A DNA stretch of 64,000 nucleotides from Oikopleura dioica (lineage: Eukaryota > Animalia > Chordata): contig OU015569.1 of the NCBI GenBank assembly GCA_907165135.1, forward strand, positions 8,184,001 through 8,248,000. The letters are read 5' to 3'. Made by a program: the position numbers and the translations under genes. The notes under the pieces were generated by a model. It was not told the origin of the DNA and made no database searches. It saw nothing but the letters and a program-made list of their open reading frames with translations. Positions 22,972 through 36,730 of this stretch are shown here, piece after piece; within the stretch, counting starts at the first letter, position 1, and each line of letters starts with the position of its first letter.

Positions 22972-25900
22972 ATGGATGAGTTGCCTTTTGGCTACGATTT
23001 CGATTCAAACACATTCGTAAGATGAATTGGTCAAACTATTGGGTATTTTAAAAAAGCATATCTAGGCTCCAGAAAGTAAAAACAGACATGGGCTAGAGGC
23101 AAACTTGATAACTAAAAAAGAACTTACTTCCATGAATCTTATTATATGATCATCATATCTTGTCCTCTTTTGTTGAATATTTGTTGTAGAAAGAGGTTAT
23201 TTTGGAGAGAAAGATCCTTATAATCAGAGACATGGTTCTCTTTACCAGTTCTTTTTTTCTCCCTAACAGTCTAGTGCTACCAGTGCTTTTTCGAACCTAG
23301 TGATTGACGCATAGATTTCTTCTAATACACTTATGTAGCCTGACAGTGGGATAAAAAACGGACAACCCTCAGCAGACGATCGAAGTTTGGCCACTCAAAT
23401 TTGCGGACAAGAGGATAGCTTCAATGCGAAATGGCGTCCCGTTGCCACAACCTGCTCTCGAATCAGCGGTTTGGATGAAATTTTTGGACTTGATGAGCCA
23501 GAACCGATTCCAATTAATCCTTCTCCGCCGGAACCATCACCTCTCCAGCAGCCGTCTTCGTCAGGCCTGACGGTTCAGAATTCTACGCCCTCTTCTATTC
23601 ATGGCAATGAGTTGCCTCCTGATTTGACCCCGCAGCATTCTGGCTCGGGCAAAAACGATATATCCCCTCATACAAGTGAGGCACTCAGTACGCACGATCC
23701 ATGCACTCCTCTTCCTGCTATTCCAGCTGCCAATTCCATGTCACAATTTCTGCAAGATGTTAAATCCGAAGTCGTCGACGACGACCTTTTCGGTAGTTCG
23801 TCAATGCACAAAGTTCTCAAGAAGGAGATCATCACTATCACCACGACCAAGATCTATTACCTGAATGGGAAGGAAATTTGTAAACGAACAAAAACCAAAA
23901 GCTCTGAGTCCAACACGACGATCATGATGACTCCAGCGGAACTTGAACGAAAAACAACGAAACCGACAAATAGGAATGGCTTATTTTATTCACGATGGAC
24001 ACAATTTTGTTGTCCTCGAATTATCAGCCAAAATAGTGTTGCAGAAATGATGATGCGCGAAGAAGAACGCACACCAGTCCATCAAACATCAATCCCCCAA
24101 AAAGGCTTTGCCCAGATCCAAATAGAGGATATAAAAAGGAGCCCTGGCTACATGGAAGATTCCATGGATAACGGTTACAGCCATCAAGAACCGGTGAATG
24201 ATCGATCAAAAGGTTTTTGTGTGAGTCGAATGTCGTGTCTTTAACTTAAGGATTAGTAATCGGAATTGACGATGACAATGATGATCAACCTCTGGACAAC
24301 CTTGACTTCGACACTCCCGGAACTTCAGGCACTTTTCAGCCTCCCACTCCGCTGGAAAAGCCGCCGTTGAGTGCCGACTCTAACAAAAAAATCGAAAGAG
24401 CTAGTACCCAACAGAGTGAGACGAAAGAAGAAACTAAACAAATTATTTCGCCGCCCTCGATCCCTCATCTAGCTCCTCCTTCGACTCCGCCACCACTCGA
24501 CCCTACTCGACCAGATTTGCCACAAATGCCAAAGCTCGTTCCATGTCCTTCGCCTCGTCGGCCGCCCTTGGCACAAAAGAGTCCATCACGAAAACGGAAA
24601 TCTTCACCAGCTGCAACAGAGCTTCCTGTAAATAATTCAACACTTCAATCTCCCGCTCTGCAGCCTCCTAAACTTACCACGGGTAAAACCATCGTAATCG
24701 CCTCTTCAACTAATAGCCAACAACCTCAAAAGCCGCCAACTCCAGGAACGGGTCAAAATCATATTTGATCACTAAAACATTCTAATGTTATTGATCCCAA
24801 TTTAGTAACTCCACGAATAGTGACACCACGGGAGCCAGAGATGGATCTGAGTAGCGTGTTGATCTGTCAGCCACCATCGGACCTGACTATCATCAATAAA
24901 GCGACAAGAAATCTCACAAAGTCTATCTGCCAATACGGTAACTGTATGTTATCGTTTTTTGGCGGTATATTATTTCGTCTCTAGATGTTGGTGCGCGATG
25001 CTTCGTCAAGTACGACCAATATTACTATCCTGCTGTTGTTCACGAGATTCTCGGCCCACAGACAAACAAATGCAAAGTCAGCTTTTGCGACCAACAGATG
25101 ACGAAGGCCGTGTCAGTAGACAAAAACGACATCCTGCTTATTTCTGATCTGGAAGTTGGCATGAAAACCTTGGCAAGAAACATTATAAGCAAGGTAAACT
25201 AGTTTGTACGAGCTGTAACGGTCAAAGCACGTTTTTTACCAGGACGAGTGGGTGCCCTGCACAATTACCGGTAAGATCGGAAGATATCGTAATGTGGACC
25301 TGCGACAAGACAAAAATAGAAGATTCTACTCAACGCGTTGCGGATACAGAGTCGTGTACGAAGACAATTTCAATCGCGAGGTTCATTCATTCGTTTCTGT
25401 AAGTCTACTCGATGTTCTAGCAGATCTATTGACTGTTTTAAGTTTTCTGATTGTGCATTGGAACTTTCCGACATTCCCGCTCATTTGATTCCTGAATTTA
25501 AAGGTCGCATCTACGTAAAAATAGAGTCAACCTAACACGAAATTTAGTGGCAACGCAAAACACAAACGCTCTTCCAAATGCGTCGAATCTCATGCTTGAC
25601 AACGTAATCGTAACGCCGCGTCGAAAACGAAAAGAGCGTATTTCCTTAAACGGCTCGAACCCCGTGAAGCGTAACCGGCAAACTCTAGAGACAGTATACA
25701 TTTTGGACGATGGACGGGGTATTCAAATTCCAGAAGAGGCTCTCCGCAAAGTTGGAAATAATACAGCTGAAATCAACGAGTTAGTGGATGCTCGTCGAGT
25801 GATCTACAGATTCGTAACGACTACACAGACTTTAAAGATGCCGTCTCGTTCACTTTTCATCGCGCTTCTTAATAATGTCCAAATAGTCAGAGTGAGTACT

Positions 25901-27729
25901 TGACCATCAAAATTACATTTTTAAAATGATTAATTAATTTAATTAATTAACTGATCAGGGACTTACTTTTCAATTATTTTTTAAGTGGAGCCCAAAAACT
26001 ACCAACTTCGAGCCACTGCTGACCGATAAAAACAGAAATCGTTTATTCGAAGGATACCGCTTTGGTAAGACTCCTCGCACCGTGTTAGGTTGAGCTCTTA
26101 TTGTTTACTTAAGAATTCACGGAACCTATACCGAACAACGAGCTTTTGGCCGAGTTTATTAATCTCGCCGGAGGATCTCTATATATCCCAGAGCTTGAAG
26201 ACGACAGCATAATAGATATCGAAAAGGAACACGTGGCCAATGTGTTCACGGTCGACGGACGAAGTGTTGGACAAGGAATGGCTTAACATCACATCTGAAT
26301 ACGTTTCCCATAAAAGTAACAAAGGCATATGTGTTAAGCGAGTACAGTCACCTTAACAGCTCTCCTAGAAGGCATTTTTAAAGGATCGCGACCCTCATTC
26401 TCTCTGTGAAATCTTTCATTGTTCCTTTACTCAGTTCAAAATAATGATATTCTGTTACTGCCAATTGCAGGAGCATTTGTAAATACATCAATTCAGTCAA
26501 TTGACGGGCGTGCATCAAAAATGAACCACTACGACATTGGTGACTTTTTGGCAGATCCAGGCCCCAGCAAAAAGGGGCTAAGAAACAAGTTCTTGGGTTA
26601 GACTAAATTTTATTCAACAATCGTTATTTATTTACAGGGTCGGCGGATCGTCTTCGAAAGCTGACTCTGAATGTATCTGATGCAATGACTGGATCTATCC
26701 GAAAGAAGTTTTCGAAGCGCCCGTCGATCATGCCGCCACCGCGAGGCCTCGTTAAAAGAGAAGAAATGCCCCAAGATTCACCATCAAAATCTTCTAACGG
26801 AGCTCCATGCGATATAGGTTCTCATCTGTCTTTCCGACTTTTTATTCGTTGGGATGTCCGTGAGATCCAAATAAACTTTCAGAAATTAACAATCACGGCC
26901 CAGTAGAAGTTTGTCAAGACGTGATCAACTTTGCAACCGCAGGAGTCAAACTACCAACAGAAGGCTTGCTGGAGACTTTGATCGCCAAGGGACAACATGC
27001 TATCGGAATCGACAAAAGGGAATGTCATTCCAGACAACCTACTCGTTTGCCGGTTGGAAAATAGAATTTGAAAATTTTTTCTCTCGGGAAGGTGACTTGT
27101 ATTGCCTCGGCGTTACGCCCGACTTGAATTTCGTCGTCGAAGCAAAATGTACGCCCGTTTACAAACCGAAGCTCGGATCCGATAAGACGCTTTTCCTTGG
27201 TGTGGTCTGCGAGCTTACAAACCTTGTTTCAACATCTCGATTCATGCTCGAGCCGCGAGAAAACGAGCTGTTGATCCTGAATCCCAGCAACGACGCACAA
27301 AAGACGTATAAAGTGATCTCGTCCGACTATCGACGCGACGAGTGGATGCACCTCAACGCTGAATCCAACCTTTGTGACATGAAAGTTCAAATCATCATCG
27401 ATAACTTTAACAACAAGCTGCAAGATAACTCCACGTTTTATTTTCTAAAAACAGCCGGTGCGAAATTGCATGTCTCTCGTCCGTCATCACCGCTTTACGA
27501 ATACCAGTAGGATAAATGAGTTTCCTTGTCGTTCTTACTTTTCTCTAGGTTTTCTTCAGACACTGAAGACGAAGTCGAACCACCTCAAAGCGCATTTACT
27601 GCCTACAAAAACCTGCCGCGCAAGTCATGCCTGACTTCACTACTCCACCAGAGTCTCTTCGAGACCTTTCTAGTGAGTCACTGCCCAAACTCTCAGCTGC
27701 CAGCGCTGACACTAGCTGCTCATCGGTAA
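22972..27729 (+). CDS. TP53BP1: 53BP1-like DNA damage scaffold
   Basis: Oligomerisation-domain-like KEIITITTTKIYYLNGKEICKRT; tandem Tudor VGARCFVKYDQYYYPAVV...KVSFCDQ...NDILL; UDR-like NLMLDNVIVTPRRKRK; BRCT-like C-terminus (FEGYRF, FINLAGG, FLKTAGA). Confidence 0.82.
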
Positions 27730-27879
27730 TCACCGAGTTGTAACCGTTACTGTAATAGTTCAACTATCTCACACTCAAGTTCAAGCATATATCACTCCCA
27801 GTCTACCTGACATGTTATGCTATAAATAACCCTGAAATATATCCAATTCTGTTAAGATGACGTGAGAGTTAGAGTTGAA

Positions 27880-29942
27880 ATGTTTGGCCGTATAATTCCA
27901 GTAAGAAGATACTCGCATGCTACACGCGAGACCTTCCTCGTCGAAAAGAAGTCGCGCGTCGCTCTAGTCTCAGAACGACATAGACCCAAAGCCCGCATTT
28001 ATCGAGAAGAGAGCCGGCCTTCTTTCATCGCAGATGAGTTGTTTGCGCGTCATGAGATGGGCACCTTCGTTCCCAGATTTCGCTTCTTCAAGAGCAAAAT
28101 TTCAAGGCTAGACTGGTTTGACAAATATTCGAGCAAATTATACCAGACACCAGCCGCGCAGAAACTTCGAAATATGACTGAAGAGTATAGAATTGAGAAT
28201 GATGATTTACGCGAAGTTATATCTTCAGTCGGCTCAAGTATGTCGGGCGCTGAAGAATTATCTGTCATTGATGAATTATCTCGGCGGGATACTGGATTAT
28301 CGCGTTTTATTTCCTCTCACTTTGCTGCTCGAGAAGTTCTGTCTAACTACGGCAAGGGTGAATTACCATTGGAAAATTCCCTTATTGGAATCGCTGTCTC
28401 CGAGCAATTTTGCGGTGAGACATCGCAGAACTTTGAAACTATTATTGAAAACTTTGGTGACGACATTCTTCTCAATGGACGCAAAACAAGAGTACTCGGA
28501 GCGAAGAATTGCGACTACTTTTTGGTTCCTGTTGCTACTTTTGTGAAAGACAGAGATGATGAAATTTACAAACGATTGTCCACTGTCCTCGTGGATGCGA
28601 AAACAGATGGCGTCGAGGTCAACGATGATGATTCTGTCGTTTTTGACAACGTAGAATTGTCAGAAGACTGTATCATTGGTCGAGTTGGTTTCGGAAAGCA
28701 CCATTTACGGCATTTACGCGACTGCATGAACCTTTACAATGGAGCAATCGCTTCTTCCCGACTAAACCATCATCTACAGAAGATGATCGAAGACTCTCAA
28801 GTTCATTCGAGGCATAACATGCTTTGGGCTGATCATGACGCTTCAAGAGCTATCGCCGCCGATCTGCAGCTTGCGTCGTGGACCCTTGACTCAATGGTTA
28901 GGCAGATTGCTCGCAAAAGAAGCTTTATCTTTGACGAACTTCAAGCTGAAGTCTCGGCTGTTAAAGTGAAAGTTTCGGATGCATCATTGACTTTGTCAAC
29001 TCTTCTTCAATTCTATCAATGTGAAAATGAGGATCTTAATGCTGACCTAACGCACTTTAAAGAGATGTCAGTAATATTTGGCAGTTCAAAAGAAGATTTG
29101 GCCGTTGTCGGCTTCGCCGGACTTAACCGGTACGTATAACTCTATTCATTGAGTCCTAATTTCTTGCGAAAGGTTTTACGTTCGAAATCAAAAAGTCCTA
29201 AAGAAGCGCGAGCGCAGCAGCTGGAATATCGGCCAATATATGGACAACCCAGATTTCTGGTATAAACGCGCACAAAAAAGGTGGATGATGATTCGAAGAC
29301 CTAAAGTAGCTGTATTTGGGAAAGACTCGCAGTTTTCATTTGGCACTCATTTCTTCCAGCATGATGGTTTTATAAACAATGTGGCTCGGCAGTGGAATAT
29401 CTATCATGCCAACATGGCGCAGCATTTTGACTACTTGTTTAATGTAACCAAAAGAGATATTCCAAATACCAAAAAACTTAATCTAGCATAACTCGAAAGT
29501 TATATCTGCACTGACGCTGATATTGGTTGAAATGCATGGCCGAGACATAAATAAAGACGCATACAAAGCTGCGCTAATCGGACGAGTAGGTGTCGACCAT
29601 TTTGCTCTTGCAGCTTTACACAACAGGCTCTCCTACGAAAACAGGCTTGATGAGTTTGCAGACTATCTCGTTCGCGAAGTCATCAAGCTTGAAGGCGAGC
29701 AGTTTGATGCTTTAGATGAAAAATTTCAGGTATTTTTTATTGAAAAACGAAGCTAAAATGTCTTTTAGTGGGACCACGCATTAGAAAGCGGTTTCTTCAT
29801 CGAATCAAGAGGCGTCCATAAAAAGCTGCAAGACGCACGAGGATATTTTATTGCAGACGCCATTCTGATAGAACCTGAGTACTCTGAAAACCCTCAATAC
29901 CTTTCTTCTGTTGAAAAACTAAAGCTTCTCGATAGCACTTAA
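27880..29942 (+). CDS. ACAD9: Divergent ACAD9/VLCAD-like acyl-CoA dehydrogenase fold protein
   Basis: Mitochondrial-type presequence; SFIADELFA; LLNGRKTRVLGAKNCDYFLV; VVFDNVELSEDCIIGRVGFG; VLCAD-like C-terminal extension. Confidence 0.7.
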
Positions 29943-29967
29943 ATTATCATGAAGTTCGTAAATTCAG

Positions 29968-30890
29968 ATGAACACAGTACGGGACTTCGTTAGCGGATTC
30001 TCAGGTGGATTTTTGAGTACGCTTCTTCTTCATCCCTTCGATCTCGTCAGAAACAGACAAGCAGTCAACGATGGCGATCCCAAACGTCCCAGATACGGCA
30101 ACCAGATGTCCATCATTCGATCTGTGATAAAGAATGAAGGCGTCGAGTCTCTCTGGCGTGGTGTCTCACCAAGTATAATTGGTGCTGGCTTCTCATGGGG
30201 TCTATACTTTCCAATTTATGAGCATTTCAAGCGACAACTTCAATCACACTATGGCAACGCTGTCCCTCAGTACCAGGTAAAGAATTGTGGGCGAACTCGA
30301 CCTCATTTTTATTAAGTATTTCTTTACTGGATGTTTGAGTGGTGCTCTAGTTCTTACGTTGACAAACCCAATTTGGGTTTGTAAGACGCAGCAGTGTCTC
30401 CAGTACGAAGAAGGAGCATTGAAGCGTTCAAAGGAGACTTTTGCACAGACTTTATATAGACTATACAATATGGAAGGCTTGAGAGGGTTGTATCGTGGAT
30501 ACTATGCTGGTTTGTTCGGAACTATACATGGCGGTGTTCAATTTTTCTTCTTGGAACTCTTCAAAACGCGTCTCGGGGTGACGAAACAGAACCAAACCAA
30601 CTTTCAAATGCTTGCCTTGCCTGCTGCATCGAAAATGATAGGTAGTCCCTGATTCCCTAACTAGTATTTACATTTTGTTAGCTGGAACATTGTGCTATCC
30701 ACAACTACTCATTCGATCGCGCATGCAAGACCAGCATAGGATCTACAATAGTATGAGAGATTGCATACGACATACATTTCAGCACGAAGGATTCAAAGGA
30801 TTTTACAAAGGCCTATCTACAAATTTATGTCGAACTATACCTAGCTCCGTGATTACATTTTATACATACGAGTACCTTACAAAGAGATAG
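29968..30890 (+). CDS. SLC25A32: Mitochondrial folate/FAD carrier
   Basis: HPFDLVRNRQAVNDG..RPRY, GVSPSIIGAGFSWGLYF, TNPIWVCKT, YPQLLIRSRMQDQH: three SLC25 repeats. Confidence 0.9.
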
Positions 30891-31107
30891 CTTCTTAATT
30901 ATTTATTCTCCTATTGCTCTAATCTGATATTCTAGTTCTCGTTCATGACTGACGAGCAATTCCACTATTTATCTAATTTGTGTTGATACCTCATTCTCGA
31001 TATTTTTGTGTTACATTTTTTTTTTCAGAATTGGACATTTCGGCGTGTCTTTCCGCTGGGTAAGTCGTTTTTCCCTAATTGGTGAGAATTGAGTCAGTCC
31101 AGCAAAA

Positions 31108-33325
31108 ATGAACGGAGATGGAATGGTCCCAATTTTGCCTGTCATGTCAATGGTAACAATATCAGTTTTTAGTCAACGGATTTATTGTACTCATTAAGGT
31201 TGTCCCCGGACAACACATGATCCAGCAAAATGCGCCTTTTCCTATGGCGCAAATGCCTTCGCAAATAGGAACCAATTTATCTGCTCAGCCTTACTCGACT
31301 CCGCAAAACCCACCAAATGGAGAATCAAACGGGAGTAAAAAAGCACCCAAAGAGAAGACACCCATGTGTCAGGTTAGATGCTCTTTGAGTCTCTCTAAAA
31401 TAATTATTTATCAAGGTGAACGAAATCGCCAAATTTAACAAACTTGCGCCAAAGTATACGTTGACAGGGGAAGAAGGCCCGCCCCACCATAAAACGTTTA
31501 CTGTGACTCTCGAACTCGGCCCAGGAGAAAAGTATGAAGGTTCTGGAACGAGCATCAAGAAGGTATCCCGAGTTTTGAGTTCGCCCGGCTAAGTTCTTTT
31601 TTTTCAGGCGCAACACTCTGCTGCGAAAAAAGCAATTGAGAACTGTCAGACACTAGAGAGACCCAAATACAAACCGAAACGACCGAAACAGATAAATTAC
31701 GGTATCAGCGTTATTTGTAAATAATCATGTCTCATCTATGGCATTTAGACGCGCTAACTCCTACTGTTAAATTAAACGGACTAGCGATGAAGAGAGGAGA
31801 GATGGCCCACTACAAAATGGTTGACAGGAAGCCGATTTTTCATAATAATCAATCATACAATCCCCAGGTTATTTTCGTATCCTTATCGGCTTTTATTATC
31901 GCTTTAGTTTGCCGATGGAATGCCCCAGATCTATCCGAACGCTAACACTAAACGAATCAATACAAGACCACCGAAACTTTTTGTCGTCGAACTGACGGTT
32001 GGCGAGAAGGTATTCCACGCTGAGGGGCGTACAAGACAACAAGCAAAGCACTCAGCTGCTACCCAAGGTAATTTTTTTTTGCCTCAGCCACGATTATGAA
32101 TCCTTTCTAGCACTTGAATATTATGAAAGAAACCCAGCTCCTGAAAAAGTGCCGAAACCGGCACAGTCAGGCCAGCCGATTACTCCAGGAGAGCAATCTC
32201 AACCGAAGAAGTCGGAAGTCTCCCTTGTCTACGAGTTAGCTCTCAAGCGAAATTTAACTGTCCAATTTGAAAAGATTTCCGAAGAAGGACCTCCTCACTT
32301 AAAGCACTACTCGATTAGGCTTCACGTAGGAAATCCCGAAGAACAGGAAGACAACGATCAGTAAGCCGCTTTGCATTTTCAGATGACTTTTTTAACATAA
32401 CGGTTAAGAGTTACATACTTTACTGCTGAAGGTCAAGCTCAATCCAAGAAACTGGCCCGTCGAAAAGCCGCTATCACTGTTCTTGATGAAATGCGTCGAC
32501 TAATTGAATCAGAAGAGCGCGAAAAGCCCCAGCCCAAAGGCAAAGGACGAAATAAGAAGAAGTCGAATGTCATCAAGGAAACTGAAAAACAGTCGCCTGA
32601 CATTTCACTTCATCCTGTTTCCCGACTTGCTCAAATCCAGCAAGCCGCAAAAGGTACTCAACTCTTTGTTCTTGCGAATATTTCGAATTTCACTTTTAGA
32701 GCGTGAGCCGATCTACCAAGTTATCTCTGAGAAATCTGTCCAGCGGAAGAAGGAGTTCATAATGCAGTGCATTGTGAATGACAAGGTTTCTCAGGGAATT
32801 GGTCCAAACAAGAAAACAGCAAAGAAAATCGCTGCCGAGGCTATGTTAGTCATTATGGGGCACGAGCCAAGCGTCGGGGTGAGCTAACCATTTAGGAAAT
32901 CGATGATAAGCGATATTTCAGGACTGTGCCGACGAAGGCAAGCCGTCAAAGGCTGAAGGAAAGAGCGATAATGCTGCACTTCCGAAAATGGCTCCGACTC
33001 CTTCGGGCATCGCTCAGGCAACCATTCTGCCTAACTCAGCTGCTAAAGCTGGACAAGTCAACGAGCCTCAACTCAATTATCTCGCCTCTCTTCAGGGCTT
33101 TTCGGTTAGCTTTACCGACTTCCCAAAAGACGGCCAGTTCTTAAGGTGAGTTACGAGTAGTTCTTGCAGACAAAGATTTTTTTTTCTAGTTTGGTGTCGA
33201 TTGGAACGACTCCTCCTATCGTCGCTCATGGACAAGGCTCTTCTGTTGCTCTTGCTCACGAGGAAGCTGCTGCGCAAGCGCTCAAAGCCTTAATAACTCG
33301 CGGCCTTGAAAACAGCTCGGGTTAA
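31108..33325 (+). CDS. STAU: Staufen double-stranded RNA-binding protein
   Basis: KEKTPMCQVNEIAKFNK, EEGPPHHKTF, LTPTVKLNGLAMKRGE, KKSEVSLVYELALKRNL, HPVSRLAQIQQA, GPNKKTAKKIAAEAML, and a dsRBD5-like C-terminus. Confidence 0.93.
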
Positions 33326-34425
33326 GCTTCCGCTTATTTGACGTCCTCTAGTGACTAAAGTCTAATGAATAAACCGTTTACTGCAATGCGCTGTAATTCT
33401 AGATCAAGCTTGCATAGCCTCTCTCGTTAAGAGAGTTGCTTCGGCGGATATTTTTAATCGTATTACCTACTAACTGCAATATTCTGTATTTTGTTCCTTA
33501 TTATTCGAGACTCTAAACAACAACCAACTTATTTTTTCACATGCTCAAACTCCTATTGCTCTTTCTTTTTATCTCCCTCAATTCCTATTCAAGTAATCAT
33601 TTAAGTTAAAAAAAAACTATTCCATATTGCTCTTAATGGCTCTAGAATCTTTCGAGGGTCTATTTAGACTCTTTACCGTTCCACATTCTCATCGCAACTG
33701 ACTTACTAAAGTTAACACTTTTTCAGTTTTTTTTAGTTGAATCATTTTCGTGCAGTTCATTTTTTAAGTTTCTCTCTATTAAGTCAACCCTCATGACAAC
33801 TGTTTTCCGCAAGATATCCTTTGATCAACTTACCGTACTACTGAACTTTAATCTTCCTTGTTTTTTATATGGAGAAAGGAGTCAAGCTGACTTTTTTCTC
33901 TTTCCACTACCCGCATGAATTCTGGTGCGAGCCCAATGATTTGCCGATTATTTTGTCCCATAAACTGTCCCTATTTTACTCCCGAGGTTGGTGATCTTTT
34001 TCGAAAACATAAACTTTGATAAAAATATAAATCTCGTTAGCTTGAAGATGTTTCCCTAAAAGGTATGCTTCTAACACCTATCTCCTTTATCGCATTACTC
34101 GATAACATACTCAATTTGGCATCAGACTCATTCTGTATTTAAATTTTAGAATACCGAAGTATAAATAATAATTCGCTAATCAGACTATTGCTATCTCTTA
34201 CTATCTTCCTGCTCTCACCCTGTCTGTTAGAGATTTCAAAATATTAAAACAGCAGGTGTTGAAATTTACGAAACCCTCTTGTATCTTTCGAGCTATGAAT
34301 GCAGCCACAACTAGATTCTAAACTGAGTCTCTTCTAATGAGCCAAAACAACTTTAAGTATAACTTGACCTAAGTAAAATGACGCCTCGACTCTCTCTCGA
34401 TGAAGTGCTTTAGTTTAGTCAGTTT

Positions 34426-36130
34426 ATGTCGGTTCCGCCTAGTAATGTGAATGGAACAGCGGGCGAGACTGGCATGACTGATGGCATAAATCCACTCACA
34501 AGCCCAGTGCCGAGGCTCTCGCTCGCGCAGGCACCCAATAGAGAACAAGGTTTGTGTCCCTAAATTAAAAAATCTATCTAACTGTCGGTTAGGATATTAC
34601 TAATTTTGTAGGCCATTCACATCCTCAATTTATGCCAGCACCAGGCCATGCGCAGAGACCAGCGATGGGACCGTCACATCACAGACCTCTGAGCCGTGAA
34701 GATGGTATAAATGTTTCTTTCCCGCTAACTATCGAGCGTGCGCTTCGATTTCGAACTTATGCAGAATCGAATCAGGACCTAATCGGCGAGCTACAGAAGT
34801 TCGGCATACATTCTATACGCTTTCAAGGTACTCCTCTCAGTATAACGTCATAATAGACTAATTTCAAAGGTCTACCCGCAAAAGAACCACAATGGCGTCC
34901 ACATCCTTCTATCCCTGCCTATCCTGCCCCACGTCCAAATGTGATGCCTTATCAACAACGATATATAAATCCTCCAGATGATAGGCCTCCTAGTATAGGG
35001 TAGTTACCCGAATTTATTGAAAGGATACTTGAGTTTAACAAAAATTAAATGGTTTTTACCCTGAAGTAGGAAGAAACCGCGACCTGGTCAGAAGAACCCG
35101 CCCAAACCTTCCCATTCACTGCCTCCAAAAGTGTCTGTCAGCCACTCGATGCCCCACGGTCCAGTGATATACCAACCTGGTCCAGTGATAAGACCAGCAC
35201 CCCCCTCGAGCTTCCCTCCAGGAAGGAATTTCGGAGTCGACTCACGAGTTGTCCATCTTCCAAATAGACGTATGTACAGAATAAGAAATGTCACACCTTC
35301 ACCTATGATTCCACTCACCTCTCCCGATCAGAATTCAATAATCAACCAAGTTCCAATGGGTAAGACTCTAACAGCTGTCTGTTTATAATAACCTGGAAAT
35401 AGATCAATCGATTCAAGTCGTTCCCAATATGCAGACGAGTCCTATGATCATGACTACTCAGGGAGAAGCTCTGCCAAATCAAAACGAGCAAGTGAATCTA
35501 GCGACTATAGATGGAAAGAACCACCTCCAACAGAGCAATGGCATCAACAACTCGGTCCCGCTCGGGCATAATAAAATATCACAGGGAAATGGCGGCGCGA
35601 ATGTGATCCCGCACTCTCCGGGAATATCATCCCATCCACCGATTGCCTCACCAACCCAGTCACAGTCAATTTTACCTCAATCAGCTTCCCACGAAATCCC
35701 CACCGGTATGTAAAACTAAAGATGGACAAATTATTGTGAACTGGATTTAGACGACTCGGAGTACTTGAACGAACTCGTCAGTAAATTTGCTCCAGCTCCT
35801 GGGCAGCTTTCTAACCACCAAGACAGCGAGAAAGCTAAACAGAGCATTCTCAACTTTCTGCTGGATACGAAGCCACTTCCCGCTTCACCGAGCACCACTG
35901 AAAGCGGGCACAATTCTCTACCTGACTCTAATTCCAACGTTGCACCTCCTACGAACAGCTTCCCGAGTCAGTCTGGTGAGAAGAGCCAACCAGTGGTGAC
36001 CTCTCCGGCCCACCAGAACAGCAACTCTGCTTTAAACGAAGAGAACTCTTCCTCTTCGATGGGCACCAACGATGCCGATGTGTTTAAAAAACCGCCACCA
36101 CCGCCAAGACAGAAGACCAATCCAACATGA
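34426..36130 (+). CDS. Proline/serine-rich protein of unknown function, multi-exon
   Basis: Chain of low-complexity exons bounded by GT-AG, ending KKPPPPPRQKTNPT*; no recognised domain. Confidence 0.55.
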
Positions 36131-36730
36131 GCATAATGACGTTGCTGAAATGGTGCGTTGGCTCCTTGCTTCACGCAAGAAATTAAAAAAATATGTTGTT
36201 TATGCTCGACATCCTACCATATTAAAACTTCAGCGAAATAAATAACATGTTGATAGCTCTTTCCTGATGATCTTTAAACCTATTTTCTGGCTAATCGATC
36301 TCCGCACAGATCTCACGTGCCTATGCTCTTCATAAACGGGTCAGAAAATGCGCTTAAATTACCATACTGCCCAAAAAATAAATATATCAAATTCAATCAT
36401 CCTCGAATCACCTCAATTATCAATTCGGTAATTGAGTTTTATTTCAGTTTTCTTTGCAGGCGCTAAATTACCAGAAAAGGTGACAGAGCATATCAACGAG
36501 TCTTTTCAGTGTTTAACGATCTATTTCAAGCATTGTGTTCTTCGCAAATTTCTTTCTGCGCCCTTTGACAGGGCAGAGTGACATGCTTGCATTTAACCCT
36601 AGCCGGTCAAGGTACTCCAAATATGGAGCAGGTTTTTACTCATTTCCAAGTACCTCACAATATTTAACGTATAATTTCTAAGAAACTCATTCTGGCGCGG
36701 TTTTTTCTATTGCATCTTGATAGGCAGGGT

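Noticed and set aside
25925-25955. TTAA-rich tandem run
   Set aside because: A short AT-rich intronic microsatellite with no element boundaries.
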